Source: Burkholderiales bacterium (GTDB lineage Bacteria > Pseudomonadota > Gammaproteobacteria > Burkholderiales > Burkholderiaceae_E). Taken from it: a DNA stretch of 64,000 nucleotides. The stretch covers positions 2,489 to 66,488 of the forward strand of contig RPRK01000006.1 in assembly GCA_003818495.1 (NCBI GenBank), read 5' to 3'. Below are positions 1 to 8,089 of this stretch, piece after piece; the stretch's first letter is position 1; every line of letters starts with the position of its first letter. A program made the position numbers and the translations under genes. The notes under the pieces were generated by a model. The model saw only the letters and a program-made list of their open reading frames with translations. It made no database searches and had not been told where the DNA came from.

Positions 1-1
1 C

Positions 2-862
2 CTGCTCAGCTTCACGCTGGCCGCGCAGGAGCTCGGGCTCACCCAGTCGGCGGTCTCGCGACAGATCAAGGGGCTGGAGACCCAGCTCGGCCGTACGCTG
101 TTCCGGCGCGGCGTGCGCAGCCTGCAGCTGACCGAAGCCGGCGAACGGCTGTTGCGCGACGTGCAGTCGGCGCTCCGCGAGATCGACCGCACGGTCGCGG
201 ACCTGCGCGGGCAGCGTCGCCGCCGGCGCCTCGCGCTGACCACCGCGGCCTCGCTCGCATCACTGGTGCTCGTGCCGCGGCTGCCCGAGTTCTCGCGCCT
301 GCATCCCGGCGTCGACCTGCGCATCGAGGCGGCCGACACGCTGCGCGACCTCGAGGGCGAGGGCTACGACGTCGCGATCCGCTACTTCCGGCACGATCGC
401 GCCCCGCGCGGGCTGCGGCTCCTGTACGACGAGCTGCTGCTGCCGGTGCTGAGCCCGACGCTGGCCGCGCGGATCGGGCCGATCCGGCGTGCCGCCGACC
501 TCGGACGCGCCACGCTGCTGCTCGAGGACGCGCCGACGGCGCGGGACGCGGGTCACTGGGAGCGATGGTTCGCGCGCGCGCGCAGCCCGATGCCCGCCGA
601 AGCGCCGCGGCTGATGCTGAGCTTCACGCACCAGGCGCTGGATGCCGCCCTGCACGAGCAGGGGGTGATGCTGGCGCCCGCCCTCTACGTGCGCGAGCAC
701 CTCGCGACCGGGCGCCTGGTCGCGCCGCTCGGGCGCCCGATGCCCTCGGGGTGGGGCTACTACCTGGTCGTGAATCGCGATTCGGCGAACCAGCGCCACG
801 TGCTCGCCTTCATCGACTGGCTGGAAGCCGTGTTCGCGCAGGCCGACGATCCGCCGGGCTGA
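2..862 (+). CDS. LysR-family transcriptional regulator (5' end cut by window edge)
   Basis: The frame of ORF 113..862 stays open back to base 2. The upstream in-frame residues read LGLTQSAVSRQIKGLETQLGRTLFRR, a LysR wHTH. The rest looks like a LysR substrate-binding domain. GC3 is high in this frame. Confidence 0.9.
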   Translation: MLSFTLAAQELGLTQSAVSRQIKGLETQLGRTLFRRGVRSLQLTEAGERLLRDVQSALREIDRTVADLRGQRRRRRLALTTAASLASLVLVPRLPEFSRLHPGVDLRIEAADTLRDLEGEGYDVAIRYFRHDRAPRGLRLLYDELLLPVLSPTLAARIGPIRRAADLGRATLLLEDAPTARDAGHWERWFARARSPMPAEAPRLMLSFTHQALDAALHEQGVMLAPALYVREHLATGRLVAPLGRPMPSGWGYYLVVNRDSANQRHVLAFIDWLEAVFAQADDPPG

Positions 863-911
863 GTGGCTCGGTGAGGCGGCTCGGTGAGGCGGCCGTGCGC
901 CCGAGCCCGGG

Positions 912-2654
912 TCAGCGCCGCGGCGCGCGGCACGCCGCGCTGCCCGCGTCCGCGACCATGTTCCGGCCGGACAGCGCGACCAGCTGGCAGTCGCAGCCGA
1001 GGTCCGCGCGGCAGGCCTCCAGCGCCTTGCGCCGTGCCGCCCCCGGGTCGGTGTCGCAGGCGACCCAGCCGGCCTCGACGCCGGGCAGTCCGGCGAGCGC
1101 CGACGTCTGGCCCACCGGGCAGCCGCCGACGCTGCGGCACGCGGCCGACGCACGGGCGCCACGGCCGGCGTCCTGCCGGCAGGCCTTCATGGCCGCATCG
1201 CGCGCCACGGTCTGCGGGCAGATGCTGCCCGACAGCGGAGCGACCACGTCGAAGCGCCGCACGCCCATCGCCAGCCAGTCGCCCAGCACGCGCGGCGAGG
1301 GCACGGCGGCCCGCGGCCGGGTGCGGGCCGGTTTGCAGGTCGCGCCGGGCGCGCTGCGGTGCAGCGCCACGGGCAGCACGCGGTTCGGGGCGTCTGCCGT
1401 GTCCGGAATCGTGTCGCGTCCGGTCGCGAGGGCGACGATCGACACGGCCCGGGGTGCATCGATCTCGTCGAGCATCGCGCGGGCGAGGTCCTGGCTCCAG
1501 CCGGCCCCCGCCACCGGGGCGGGGGGCGGCAGCGGCTCGCACGACAGCGCGAGCTGGTCGGACTCGGACCCGTAGGCCGGCGCGGCACCACCGATGCAGC
1601 CGGCCGCGAACGCATCGCCGACGATCGCAAGCCGCAGGCGCCCGTCGTCGATCCGCCAGGCGGCATAGGTGCCGGGCAGCGGCTCGGGACGGACCGCACC
1701 CGCGGCGATCCGAAGCACGTCCGCGGTGCCGTCGGCATGGAAGCGCACCGCGGCCTGGGGCTGACCCGGAGACGCGGAGGCCGCGGTCGGACGCCAGGGG
1801 GATCCGCGCAGCAGCACCCCCGACGACAGCGGGGGGGGCACGGCGGTCGACGTCAGCGGGATCGGCGGCATCGCGCGGGCGGCGCGCCCCGAGGCGTCGG
1901 GACGCGTGCGGGTCGCCGTCCCGGCGGGCGCCTTCCGGCTCGCGGGGGCCGCCGAGTCCGGCGAGGCGCCCGCCTGGACCGCGGCCGCGCCGGCCGCCGA
2001 TGCGGGCGGGCGCGCGGATCCACCCTGACGGGTCGACGGAAGCGGCCGTCCCGACGCCCGCTCCGGCATGCCGTCGTTGACGCCCAGCGCCGCGGCCGCG
2101 AGCACGGTCGCACCACCGGTGCCGGCTCCCAGCCAGGCGGCGAAGGCGGGCGGGGCATCGACGACGACGACGCTCGGCGCGGGCGACGTCTGCAGCAGCG
2201 CCTGCAGGTCCAGCGAGCCGCGCGCGGTCGCGTAGGACAGTGCGTCGCGCCCGTACCGGTCGCGTCGCGTCGGGTCGGCGCCCGCCTCGCGCAGCGCCGC
2301 CACCAGCGCCGGCCGCGCGGAGGGCGGTGCGTCGACGACCGCGCGGATCAGCGGCGTGGTGGCATCGGGGTCGAGCTCGACGTCGGGACCGACGCGGGCC
2401 ACGTAATGGCGGGTCGCATCGAGGCGGCCGCTCCGGATCGCGATGTCGAGCGCCCGGCGCGCGTCGACGCTGCCCGCGCTGGCTGCGATCAGCGCATCGG
2501 CGCCGACCAGGTCGCCGGTCGCGATCCGCCCACGCAGCTGGTCGTAGGCGGACGGTCCCGCCGTCGTCGTGCAGGCGGCGAGCACCGCGACGAGGATCGC
2601 GGTGGCGGCACCCCGCAGGGCGCGGATCGACAGGTCGGTTCGGTATCGATGCAT
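912..2654 (-). CDS. Ankyrin-repeat lipoprotein with Cys-rich C-terminal domain (DUF4189-like)
   Basis: Signal peptide plus lipobox (ILVAVLAAC). ANK-like repeats follow (TPLIRAVV..., GADPTRRDRYGRDALSYATARG), then a long Ala/Pro/Ser linker. The C-terminus has paired cysteines (KALEACRADLGCDCQLVAL). Competing ORFs 760..2964 and 884..2080 are Arg/Pro-rich shadows. Confidence 0.7.
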   Translation of the reverse strand: MHRYRTDLSIRALRGAATAILVAVLAACTTTAGPSAYDQLRGRIATGDLVGADALIAASAGSVDARRALDIAIRSGRLDATRHYVARVGPDVELDPDATTPLIRAVVDAPPSARPALVAALREAGADPTRRDRYGRDALSYATARGSLDLQALLQTSPAPSVVVVDAPPAFAAWLGAGTGGATVLAAAALGVNDGMPERASGRPLPSTRQGGSARPPASAAGAAAVQAGASPDSAAPASRKAPAGTATRTRPDASGRAARAMPPIPLTSTAVPPPLSSGVLLRGSPWRPTAASASPGQPQAAVRFHADGTADVLRIAAGAVRPEPLPGTYAAWRIDDGRLRLAIVGDAFAAGCIGGAAPAYGSESDQLALSCEPLPPPAPVAGAGWSQDLARAMLDEIDAPRAVSIVALATGRDTIPDTADAPNRVLPVALHRSAPGATCKPARTRPRAAVPSPRVLGDWLAMGVRRFDVVAPLSGSICPQTVARDAAMKACRQDAGRGARASAACRSVGGCPVGQTSALAGLPGVEAGWVACDTDPGAARRKALEACRADLGCDCQLVALSGRNMVADAGSAACRAPRR

Positions 2655-2779
2655 CGTGGGACCCGGACGCCGCCTGCGCGATCAGTCCGCGGTCGCGGCG
2701 AGCCCGCGTGTTGGCACGTCGCGCCACGATGGCGCCGCGCCCGCGGGATCGCAAGCGTCGCCATGGCCCATACGGTGAC

Positions 2780-4036
2780 TCAGTGCACAGGAGGGGCGTG
2801 ATCCTGCGGCGCCAAGCGGTCGCGGCCCGCGAGGCTCGGGAAGAGGCGTGCCCACAGGCCGACCACCACGAGGGTGCCGAGCCCCCCGAGCACGACGGCG
2901 GCGACCGGCCCCAGCCAGGCGGCCGCGACACCGGACTCGAACTCGCCGATCTGGTTCGAGGCACCGATGAATACCGAGTTGACCGCGCCGACCCGTCCGC
3001 GCATGTCGTCGGGCGTCTCGAGCTGGACGATCGACATCCGGATCACGACGCTCACCATGTCGGCCGCGCCCAGCACCGCCAGCGCACCGAACGAGACCGG
3101 CAGCGAACTCGACAGGCCGAAGACCACCGTGGCCGCGCCGAACAGCGCCACCGCGCCGAACAGCATCGGTCCGACGTGCCGGTCGAGGGGCCGCCTCGAC
3201 AGCCACAGCGCGACGGCGAGCGCACCGACCGCCGGTGCCGAGCGCAGCAGTCCGAGCCCCCACGGCCCGGTGAGCAGGATGTCGCGTGCATAGATGGGCA
3301 GCAGCGCGGTCGCGCCGCCCAGCAGCACCGCGACCATGTCGAGCGAGATGGCGCCGAGCAGCACGGGCCGCGAGCGGATGAAACCGATGCCGGCGAACAG
3401 GTAGGCGCGGGTGATCTCGGGACGGGGGGCGTCGACGTCGCGCCGTTCGGGCACGCGCAGCGCCATCAGGCCCGCGACCGCGTACATCGCGCCCGCGACC
3501 GCGTAGGTGGCGTGGGCCCCGCCCACGTAGAGCAGGCCGCCGAGCGCCGGGCCGCCGATGGTCGCCGCCTGGTGGGCCGAGCTCGCCACCGCGACCGCGC
3601 GCGACAGCAGCGAGGCCGGCACCAGCGTGGGCAGGAGCGACTGCGCCGCGGGCATCTCGAAGGCGCGGGTCGCACCGAGCACGAAGACGAAGGCGAACAG
3701 CGCCTCCCGGCTCGCCCAGCCGCCGAGCGTCGCAGCGGCCAGCGCCAGCGTGGCGAGGCCCTGCAGGAGGCGGCAACCGGCGAGGATGAGTCGACGGTCG
3801 CGCCGGTCCACGATCGGCCCGACGACGAACAGCAGCAGGATGCTGGGCAGGAACTGCACGAGTCCGACCAGGCCCAGGTCGAGCGGGCTGTCGGTGAGTT
3901 CGTACATCTGCCAGCCGACCGCGACGACCTGGATCTGGGCGGCCAGGGTGGCGGCGAGGCGCGACAGCCAGTAGGTCCGATAGGCCGGCAGCGACAGCGG
4001 GCCGGGCTCGGTGTCGGCCGCTCGGTCGGTACCCAT
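2780..4036 (-). CDS. MFS transporter (EntS/MFS_3-like)
   Basis: I start it at the internal ATG (MGTDRAAD...; 'cat' at 4034-4036). The sequence YRTYWLSRLAATLAAQIQVVAVGWQMYELT...IVDRRDRR is typical of this MFS subfamily. About 12 hydrophobic segments. Confidence 0.85.
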   Translation of the reverse strand: MGTDRAADTEPGPLSLPAYRTYWLSRLAATLAAQIQVVAVGWQMYELTDSPLDLGLVGLVQFLPSILLLFVVGPIVDRRDRRLILAGCRLLQGLATLALAAATLGGWASREALFAFVFVLGATRAFEMPAAQSLLPTLVPASLLSRAVAVASSAHQAATIGGPALGGLLYVGGAHATYAVAGAMYAVAGLMALRVPERRDVDAPRPEITRAYLFAGIGFIRSRPVLLGAISLDMVAVLLGGATALLPIYARDILLTGPWGLGLLRSAPAVGALAVALWLSRRPLDRHVGPMLFGAVALFGAATVVFGLSSSLPVSFGALAVLGAADMVSVVIRMSIVQLETPDDMRGRVGAVNSVFIGASNQIGEFESGVAAAWLGPVAAVVLGGLGTLVVVGLWARLFPSLAGRDRLAPQDHAPPVH

Positions 4037-4067
4037 CGCGCCGATGATACGCGGCGACCGCGGCCGT

Positions 4068-5117
4068 TCAGGCCGGGGCGGACGCCGGGGCGGCCCCGCC
4101 CCCGGGCATCTCGAAGGCCTCGCGGGCCGCATCGGTCACCGCCCGCCGCAACCAGGCATGCGCGGGCCGGGCGGCGCTGCGGCGGTGCCAGAGCTGGTCG
4201 ACGTGCACGATCGGCAGGTCCATCGGCAACGCCCGCATCACGAGCCGCGGCGCGATGCCGGTGGTCGGCACGAAGCGGTGCGGCAGCACGGTCAGCAGGT
4301 CGGTCGATGCCACCACCTGCCCGGCGGTGAAGAACTGGTTGACGGTGAGCACCACGCGGCGCCGTCGGCCGATGGCGGCCAGCGATTCGTCGACGAAGCC
4401 GAACGGCCGGCCCGAGAAGCTCACCAGCAGATGGCGCGCCGCACAGTACCGGTCGAGGTCGAGCGGGCCGGTGGCGAGGGGGTGCCCGGCACGCATCACG
4501 CAGACGTAGTTGCTGTCGTAGAGGCGGCCGTGCTCGATCGGCTCGGGCCCGCCGTCCTGCATCGACGCCATGTCGATCGCCGCGACCGCCGCCGGGAAGT
4601 AGCCGATCGCCAGGTCCAGTTCCCCCGACGAGAGGAGCGCGCGCGGGTCGCGGGTGAGCAGCGGACGCACCCTCAGCGACAGGCCGGGCGCCTCGGCCTC
4701 GAGCCGCCGCACCAGCGGCGGCATCAGCAGGGCGGCGGTGGCGTCGGCCATGGCCAGCACGAAGCTGTCGCGCGAGCCGGCGGCGTCGAATTCGCCGGTC
4801 TGCATCGCCGAGCGCAGGGTGTCGAGCGCGGCCCTGACCGCCGGCCACAGCTCGAGCGCCCGGGGCGTCGGCTGCACCCCGTAGCCGGCCCGGACCACCA
4901 GCTCGTCGTGCATCGCGTCGCGCAGTCGCCGGAGCGCGTTGCTGACCGCCGGCTGGGTCATCGCCAGGTGGGTGGCGGCGCGCGTCAGGTTGCGTTCCGC
5001 CATCACCTCGTCGAAGACGCGCAACAGGTTCAGGTCGAGCGTCCGGAAGTTGACGGGGACCGGCGGTCGGTTCGACGGGACCGGCGGTCGATCTTCGGAG
5101 ATGAATGGCTTTTCCAT
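4068..5117 (-). CDS. LysR-family transcriptional regulator
   Basis: I start it at MEKPFISE ('cat' at 5115-5117). wHTH: LNLLRVFDEVMAERNLTRAATHLAMTQPAVSNALRRLR. A LysR substrate-binding domain follows. The N-terminal part of track ORF 4068..5399 is non-coding-like. Confidence 0.9.
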   Translation of the reverse strand: MEKPFISEDRPPVPSNRPPVPVNFRTLDLNLLRVFDEVMAERNLTRAATHLAMTQPAVSNALRRLRDAMHDELVVRAGYGVQPTPRALELWPAVRAALDTLRSAMQTGEFDAAGSRDSFVLAMADATAALLMPPLVRRLEAEAPGLSLRVRPLLTRDPRALLSSGELDLAIGYFPAAVAAIDMASMQDGGPEPIEHGRLYDSNYVCVMRAGHPLATGPLDLDRYCAARHLLVSFSGRPFGFVDESLAAIGRRRRVVLTVNQFFTAGQVVASTDLLTVLPHRFVPTTGIAPRLVMRALPMDLPIVHVDQLWHRRSAARPAHAWLRRAVTDAAREAFEMPGGGAAPASAPA

Positions 5118-5120
5118 ACA

Positions 5121-5196
5121 ACCATTGTATTTGTGAATGGTATGGATTCCAAAGATCCATTGGAAATCCTTGCTGCACTGCCGCATCTTTGCAGCA
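5121..5196. promoter_or_regulatory. Divergent promoter/operator region with three inverted repeats
   Basis: A locally AT-rich gap between the LysR gene and a divergent small ORF. Inverted repeats: ACCATT-N9-AATGGT (5121-5141), ATGGAT-N7-ATCCAT (5142-5160) and TGCTGCA-N12-TGCAGCA (5171-5196). The first resembles the LysR T-N11-A type of site. Confidence 0.4.
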
Positions 5197-5238
5197 CGGC
5201 GCCCCGATCTCGGGCCGCCCGACTCTGGAGTACCGAAC

Positions 5239-5484
5239 ATGACGACGATCCATATGGCCCCCGGCGCAACCGTGATCACCGGCCCGACCCACGGCGGCAT
5301 CGACCGGATGACCACCGGCGTGGCGCTGCTCTCGCGTCTCGTCGGCGCAGGAATCTCCGGCCTCGACGCCTGGCGCGAAGCCCGCATCGACGCGCACAAC
5401 GCCGCGATGATGGTCGAGCTCGGTGCGCACGATCCGCGCGTGCTCGCCGAGCTGCGTGCCGCGCAGGATCGCGCGCAGGGCTGA
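5239..5484 (+). CDS. Small hypothetical protein (81 aa), divergent from the LysR gene
   Basis: ATG at 5239 (MTTIHMAPGATVITGP...). GC3 is consistently high through to the TGA at 5482-5484. I recognise no family. Confidence 0.5.
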   Translation: MTTIHMAPGATVITGPTHGGIDRMTTGVALLSRLVGAGISGLDAWREARIDAHNAAMMVELGAHDPRVLAELRAAQDRAQG

Positions 5485-5493
5485 ACCGACGCC

Positions 5494-5515
5494 CGCCGCT
5501 GGCATGCCAGCGGCG
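5494..5515 (+). terminator. Perfect 22-nt palindrome just after the small ORF (hairpin, no U-tract)
   Basis: CGCCGCTGGCA/TGCCAGCGGCG, starting 10 nt after the stop codon. Confidence 0.3.
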
Positions 5516-5621
5516 CGGCCGGGCGCCTCGCCCGGCCCGCACCGATCGCCGGCGCCCTCGTCGGAGGGCATGACCGCAGACTCAGGTGTGATCAGACCGG
5601 CCGGCTTTGGGCCGCGTCAAC

Positions 5622-5639
5622 AGTAAGCGCACGCTTACT
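5622..5639. promoter_or_regulatory. Candidate operator palindrome upstream of the GntR-family gene
   Basis: Perfect 18-bp palindrome AGTAAGCG-CA-CGCTTACT about 150 bp upstream of the GntR start. Confidence 0.3.
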
Positions 5640-5786
5640 TCGAGTGCGACGAAACGGTCGCGCTCGCTGTCCGGCACCGCGGAGCCCCGAGGCCTGCGCC
5701 GGTCCGGGGGGTTCCCCGCCGGACCATCGTACCGCTCCGACCCCTGCGCGCAGGCCGTACCGCGGGAATGGTCATACAATCGCATC

Positions 5787-6803
5787 ATGGCCAAGACCCC
5801 GTCCCGAAGCGCGCTGCTCGCCCGCGACCTCCTCGGGCGCATCGCGCGTGGCGAACTGCGCCCGGGCGACTCCATCGACGTGCCCGCGCTCGGTCGCCGG
5901 CACGGCGTCAGCCGTACGGTGGTCCGGGAAGCGCTCGCCGATCTCGGCGGCAAGGGGCTGGTCGTCGCCCGGCCGAAGGTCGGCACGACCGTCGCGCCCG
6001 AGGCCGCCTGGAACCTGCTCGACCCGACGCTGATCGCAGTCTCGATCACCGAGCCCGGACCCGACTCCCTGCTGGCCGAGGCGCTGGCGCTGCGCCGTGT
6101 CATCGAGCCCGCCATGGCGGCCGATGCCGCCCGCGATGCGGGGCGGGTCCAGCAGGCGGCCATCCTCCAGGCTGTCCGCGCGCTCGCCGGCGCGGTCGGC
6201 GCGGCGGACGTGGCGCGCTGGACCGCGGCCGACGCCTCGCTCCATGCGGCACTGGCCGATGCCTGCGGCAATCGGCTGCTGCGCTCGGTCGACCATGCGC
6301 TCGAGCCGGTCCGTGCCGCCCAGCGGCTGCGGCTCGCGTCGACCCAGCTCGGACGCGGCGGCGCCGGTCCCGAGCTGCTGCACGCGTTGTCGCTGCAGAG
6401 CGCGCTCGGGCTGGCGATCGCCCGCCGCGACGCCACCGCCGCCGCCGAGGCCGCGCTCGGGCTCGCCGACATCTCGCTGCCTGGCGCCCTCGCCACGGCG
6501 GCATTCGGCGCCCACTCGGGCGAGCCGGCCGCCGCGACGGCGCAGCCGGCTACGGACGGGCCGACCCTGAACCCGACCCGAGCCCCTGCCGCCCGCCCCG
6601 GCCCGATCGAGCCGCCGACCTTCGTGCCCGAGGTCGCCGGCAACGACGAGTGGCCCGAGACCGCGACGCTCGTGCGCGACGCCGATCCGCTGTCGCCCTC
6701 GCGCCGCGGACACCTCGATCCCGACGACGTGTCGCCGTTCTCGATGCCGGCCCTGATGGCCGATTCCCCGCGCGACGCCGTCCGGCGGGCTGCACTGCGC
6801 TGA
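5787..6803 (+). CDS. GntR/FadR-family transcriptional regulator with ~90-aa low-complexity C-terminal tail
   Basis: ATG at 5787. wHTH: LRPGDSIDVPALGRRHGVSRTVVREALADLGGKGLVVARPKVGT. A helical FCD-like domain follows. The tail (ATAQPATDGPTLNP...DPDDVSPFSMPAL...) keeps high GC3, so I treat it as coding. Confidence 0.85.
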   Translation: MAKTPSRSALLARDLLGRIARGELRPGDSIDVPALGRRHGVSRTVVREALADLGGKGLVVARPKVGTTVAPEAAWNLLDPTLIAVSITEPGPDSLLAEALALRRVIEPAMAADAARDAGRVQQAAILQAVRALAGAVGAADVARWTAADASLHAALADACGNRLLRSVDHALEPVRAAQRLRLASTQLGRGGAGPELLHALSLQSALGLAIARRDATAAAEAALGLADISLPGALATAAFGAHSGEPAAATAQPATDGPTLNPTRAPAARPGPIEPPTFVPEVAGNDEWPETATLVRDADPLSPSRRGHLDPDDVSPFSMPALMADSPRDAVRRAALR

Positions 6804-8068
6804 ACGCGCCGTCCGGACCCGCCACCGGCCGACTGATCGCCGTCCTCGCGGCGATCACCGCGGTCAGCCAGTTCCACCGCTCGTCGCTCGGGGTCATCGC
6901 ACCCGAGCTGGTCCGCGAGCTGTCGCTCGGACCGCAGGCACTCGGCCTGGCAGGCGGGATGTTCTTCGTCGTGCTGATCGCGGTGCAGTTGCCGGTCGGC
7001 GTGATGCTCGACTGGATCGGCCCGCGCCGCCTGGTGGCGGGCCTGACCGTGATCGCCGTCGCGGGCTCGCTGATGACCGCGGCCGCCCGCAGCGAGGCCT
7101 CGCTGATCGCAGCCCGCGCCGTGGTGGGCCTCGGCTGCGCGGCCTACTTCATGGCGGCGGTGCTGATGTGCTCCCGCTGGTTCTCCGGCGAGCGGCTGGG
7201 CACCGCGCTGTCACGCGTCTTCGCGCTCAGCCAGATCGGCAACCTGTTCGCCGGCTGGCCGCTCGCGGCGCTGGCCGGCACGACGGGGTGGCGGACGGCC
7301 TTCGTGCTCGCCGCGGCCGTGACCGCGGCGGCGGGCATCGCATTCTGGCTCGGGATCCGACAGGACCGGCCGGACGCGGCCGGCGCACCGCCGCCGGTCC
7401 CCGAATCGCTCGGTACGGTGCTGCGCGGCGTGGGCGAGGTGCTGCGCGCACCGGGCCTCGCCCCCGTCGTCGCCATCCAGACCGTCGCGTACGCGGTGGT
7501 CTCGACGGTGCTCGGACTGTGGGCCGGGCCCTATCTGCACGACGTGCACGGCCTGGATGGCGGCGATCGCGGGCTGGTGCTGGCCGCGATGACCGTGGCG
7601 CAGGTGATCGGCGTGCTCGTCTGCGGACCGCTCGACGCACGCTTCAACACCCGCAAGCGCGTCGTGCTGACCGGCGGCTCGCTGACCCTGCTCACGCTGG
7701 CGCTGCTGGCGCTCTGGCCGACGCCGCCCGCGGGCGCCGCGATCGCGCTGCTGATCGCGCTCTGCGCGGTCGCCAGCTACGGCGTCACCATCGTCGCGCA
7801 CGGCCGCAGCCTGTTCCCCGACCGTCTGCTCGGACGCGGCATGACCACGCTGAACCTGGCGCAGGTGGTGGGTGCGTCGGTGATGCCGGTGGTGACCGGC
7901 GCGGTGGCCGCCGCCTTCGCACGGGAGACCGTGGACGGCGGCTATCCGGAGCCCGCCTACCGCGCGATGTTCGCCGTGATCGGCGTCAGCCTCGCGGTCG
8001 GTCTGCTGCTCTACTCGCGGGGGGCCGACGCCCCGCCGCGCCCGACCGGATCGGGCGCCGCACGCTGA
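6800..8068 (+). CDS. MFS transporter (start codon uncertain)
   Basis: The C-terminal ~420 aa of track ORF 5768..8068 is a clear MFS protein (FHRSSLGVIAPELVRELSLGPQALGLAGGMFF...LPVGVMLDWIGPRR). I found no in-frame ATG or GTG between the Arg-rich upstream shadow and TM1. The nearest candidate is CTG at 6800, overlapping the GntR stop as CTGA. Confidence 0.75.
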   Translation: MNAPSGPATGRLIAVLAAITAVSQFHRSSLGVIAPELVRELSLGPQALGLAGGMFFVVLIAVQLPVGVMLDWIGPRRLVAGLTVIAVAGSLMTAAARSEASLIAARAVVGLGCAAYFMAAVLMCSRWFSGERLGTALSRVFALSQIGNLFAGWPLAALAGTTGWRTAFVLAAAVTAAAGIAFWLGIRQDRPDAAGAPPPVPESLGTVLRGVGEVLRAPGLAPVVAIQTVAYAVVSTVLGLWAGPYLHDVHGLDGGDRGLVLAAMTVAQVIGVLVCGPLDARFNTRKRVVLTGGSLTLLTLALLALWPTPPAGAAIALLIALCAVASYGVTIVAHGRSLFPDRLLGRGMTTLNLAQVVGASVMPVVTGAVAAAFARETVDGGYPEPAYRAMFAVIGVSLAVGLLLYSRGADAPPRPTGSGAAR

Positions 8069-8089
8069 GCGCCGCCGGTCCCCGCGCGC

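Noticed and set aside
2712-2727. Sigma-54-like TGGCAC-N5-GC element on the plus strand.
   Set aside because: The -12 element is GCGC rather than TTGC. There is no plus-strand gene downstream, because both neighbours are on the minus strand.
5768-6799. The N-terminal 340 aa of track ORF 5768..8068, read as part of the MFS protein.
   Set aside because: It is an Arg/Pro/Gly-rich shadow overlapping the well-supported GntR gene in another frame. MFS-like sequence begins only near 6830.
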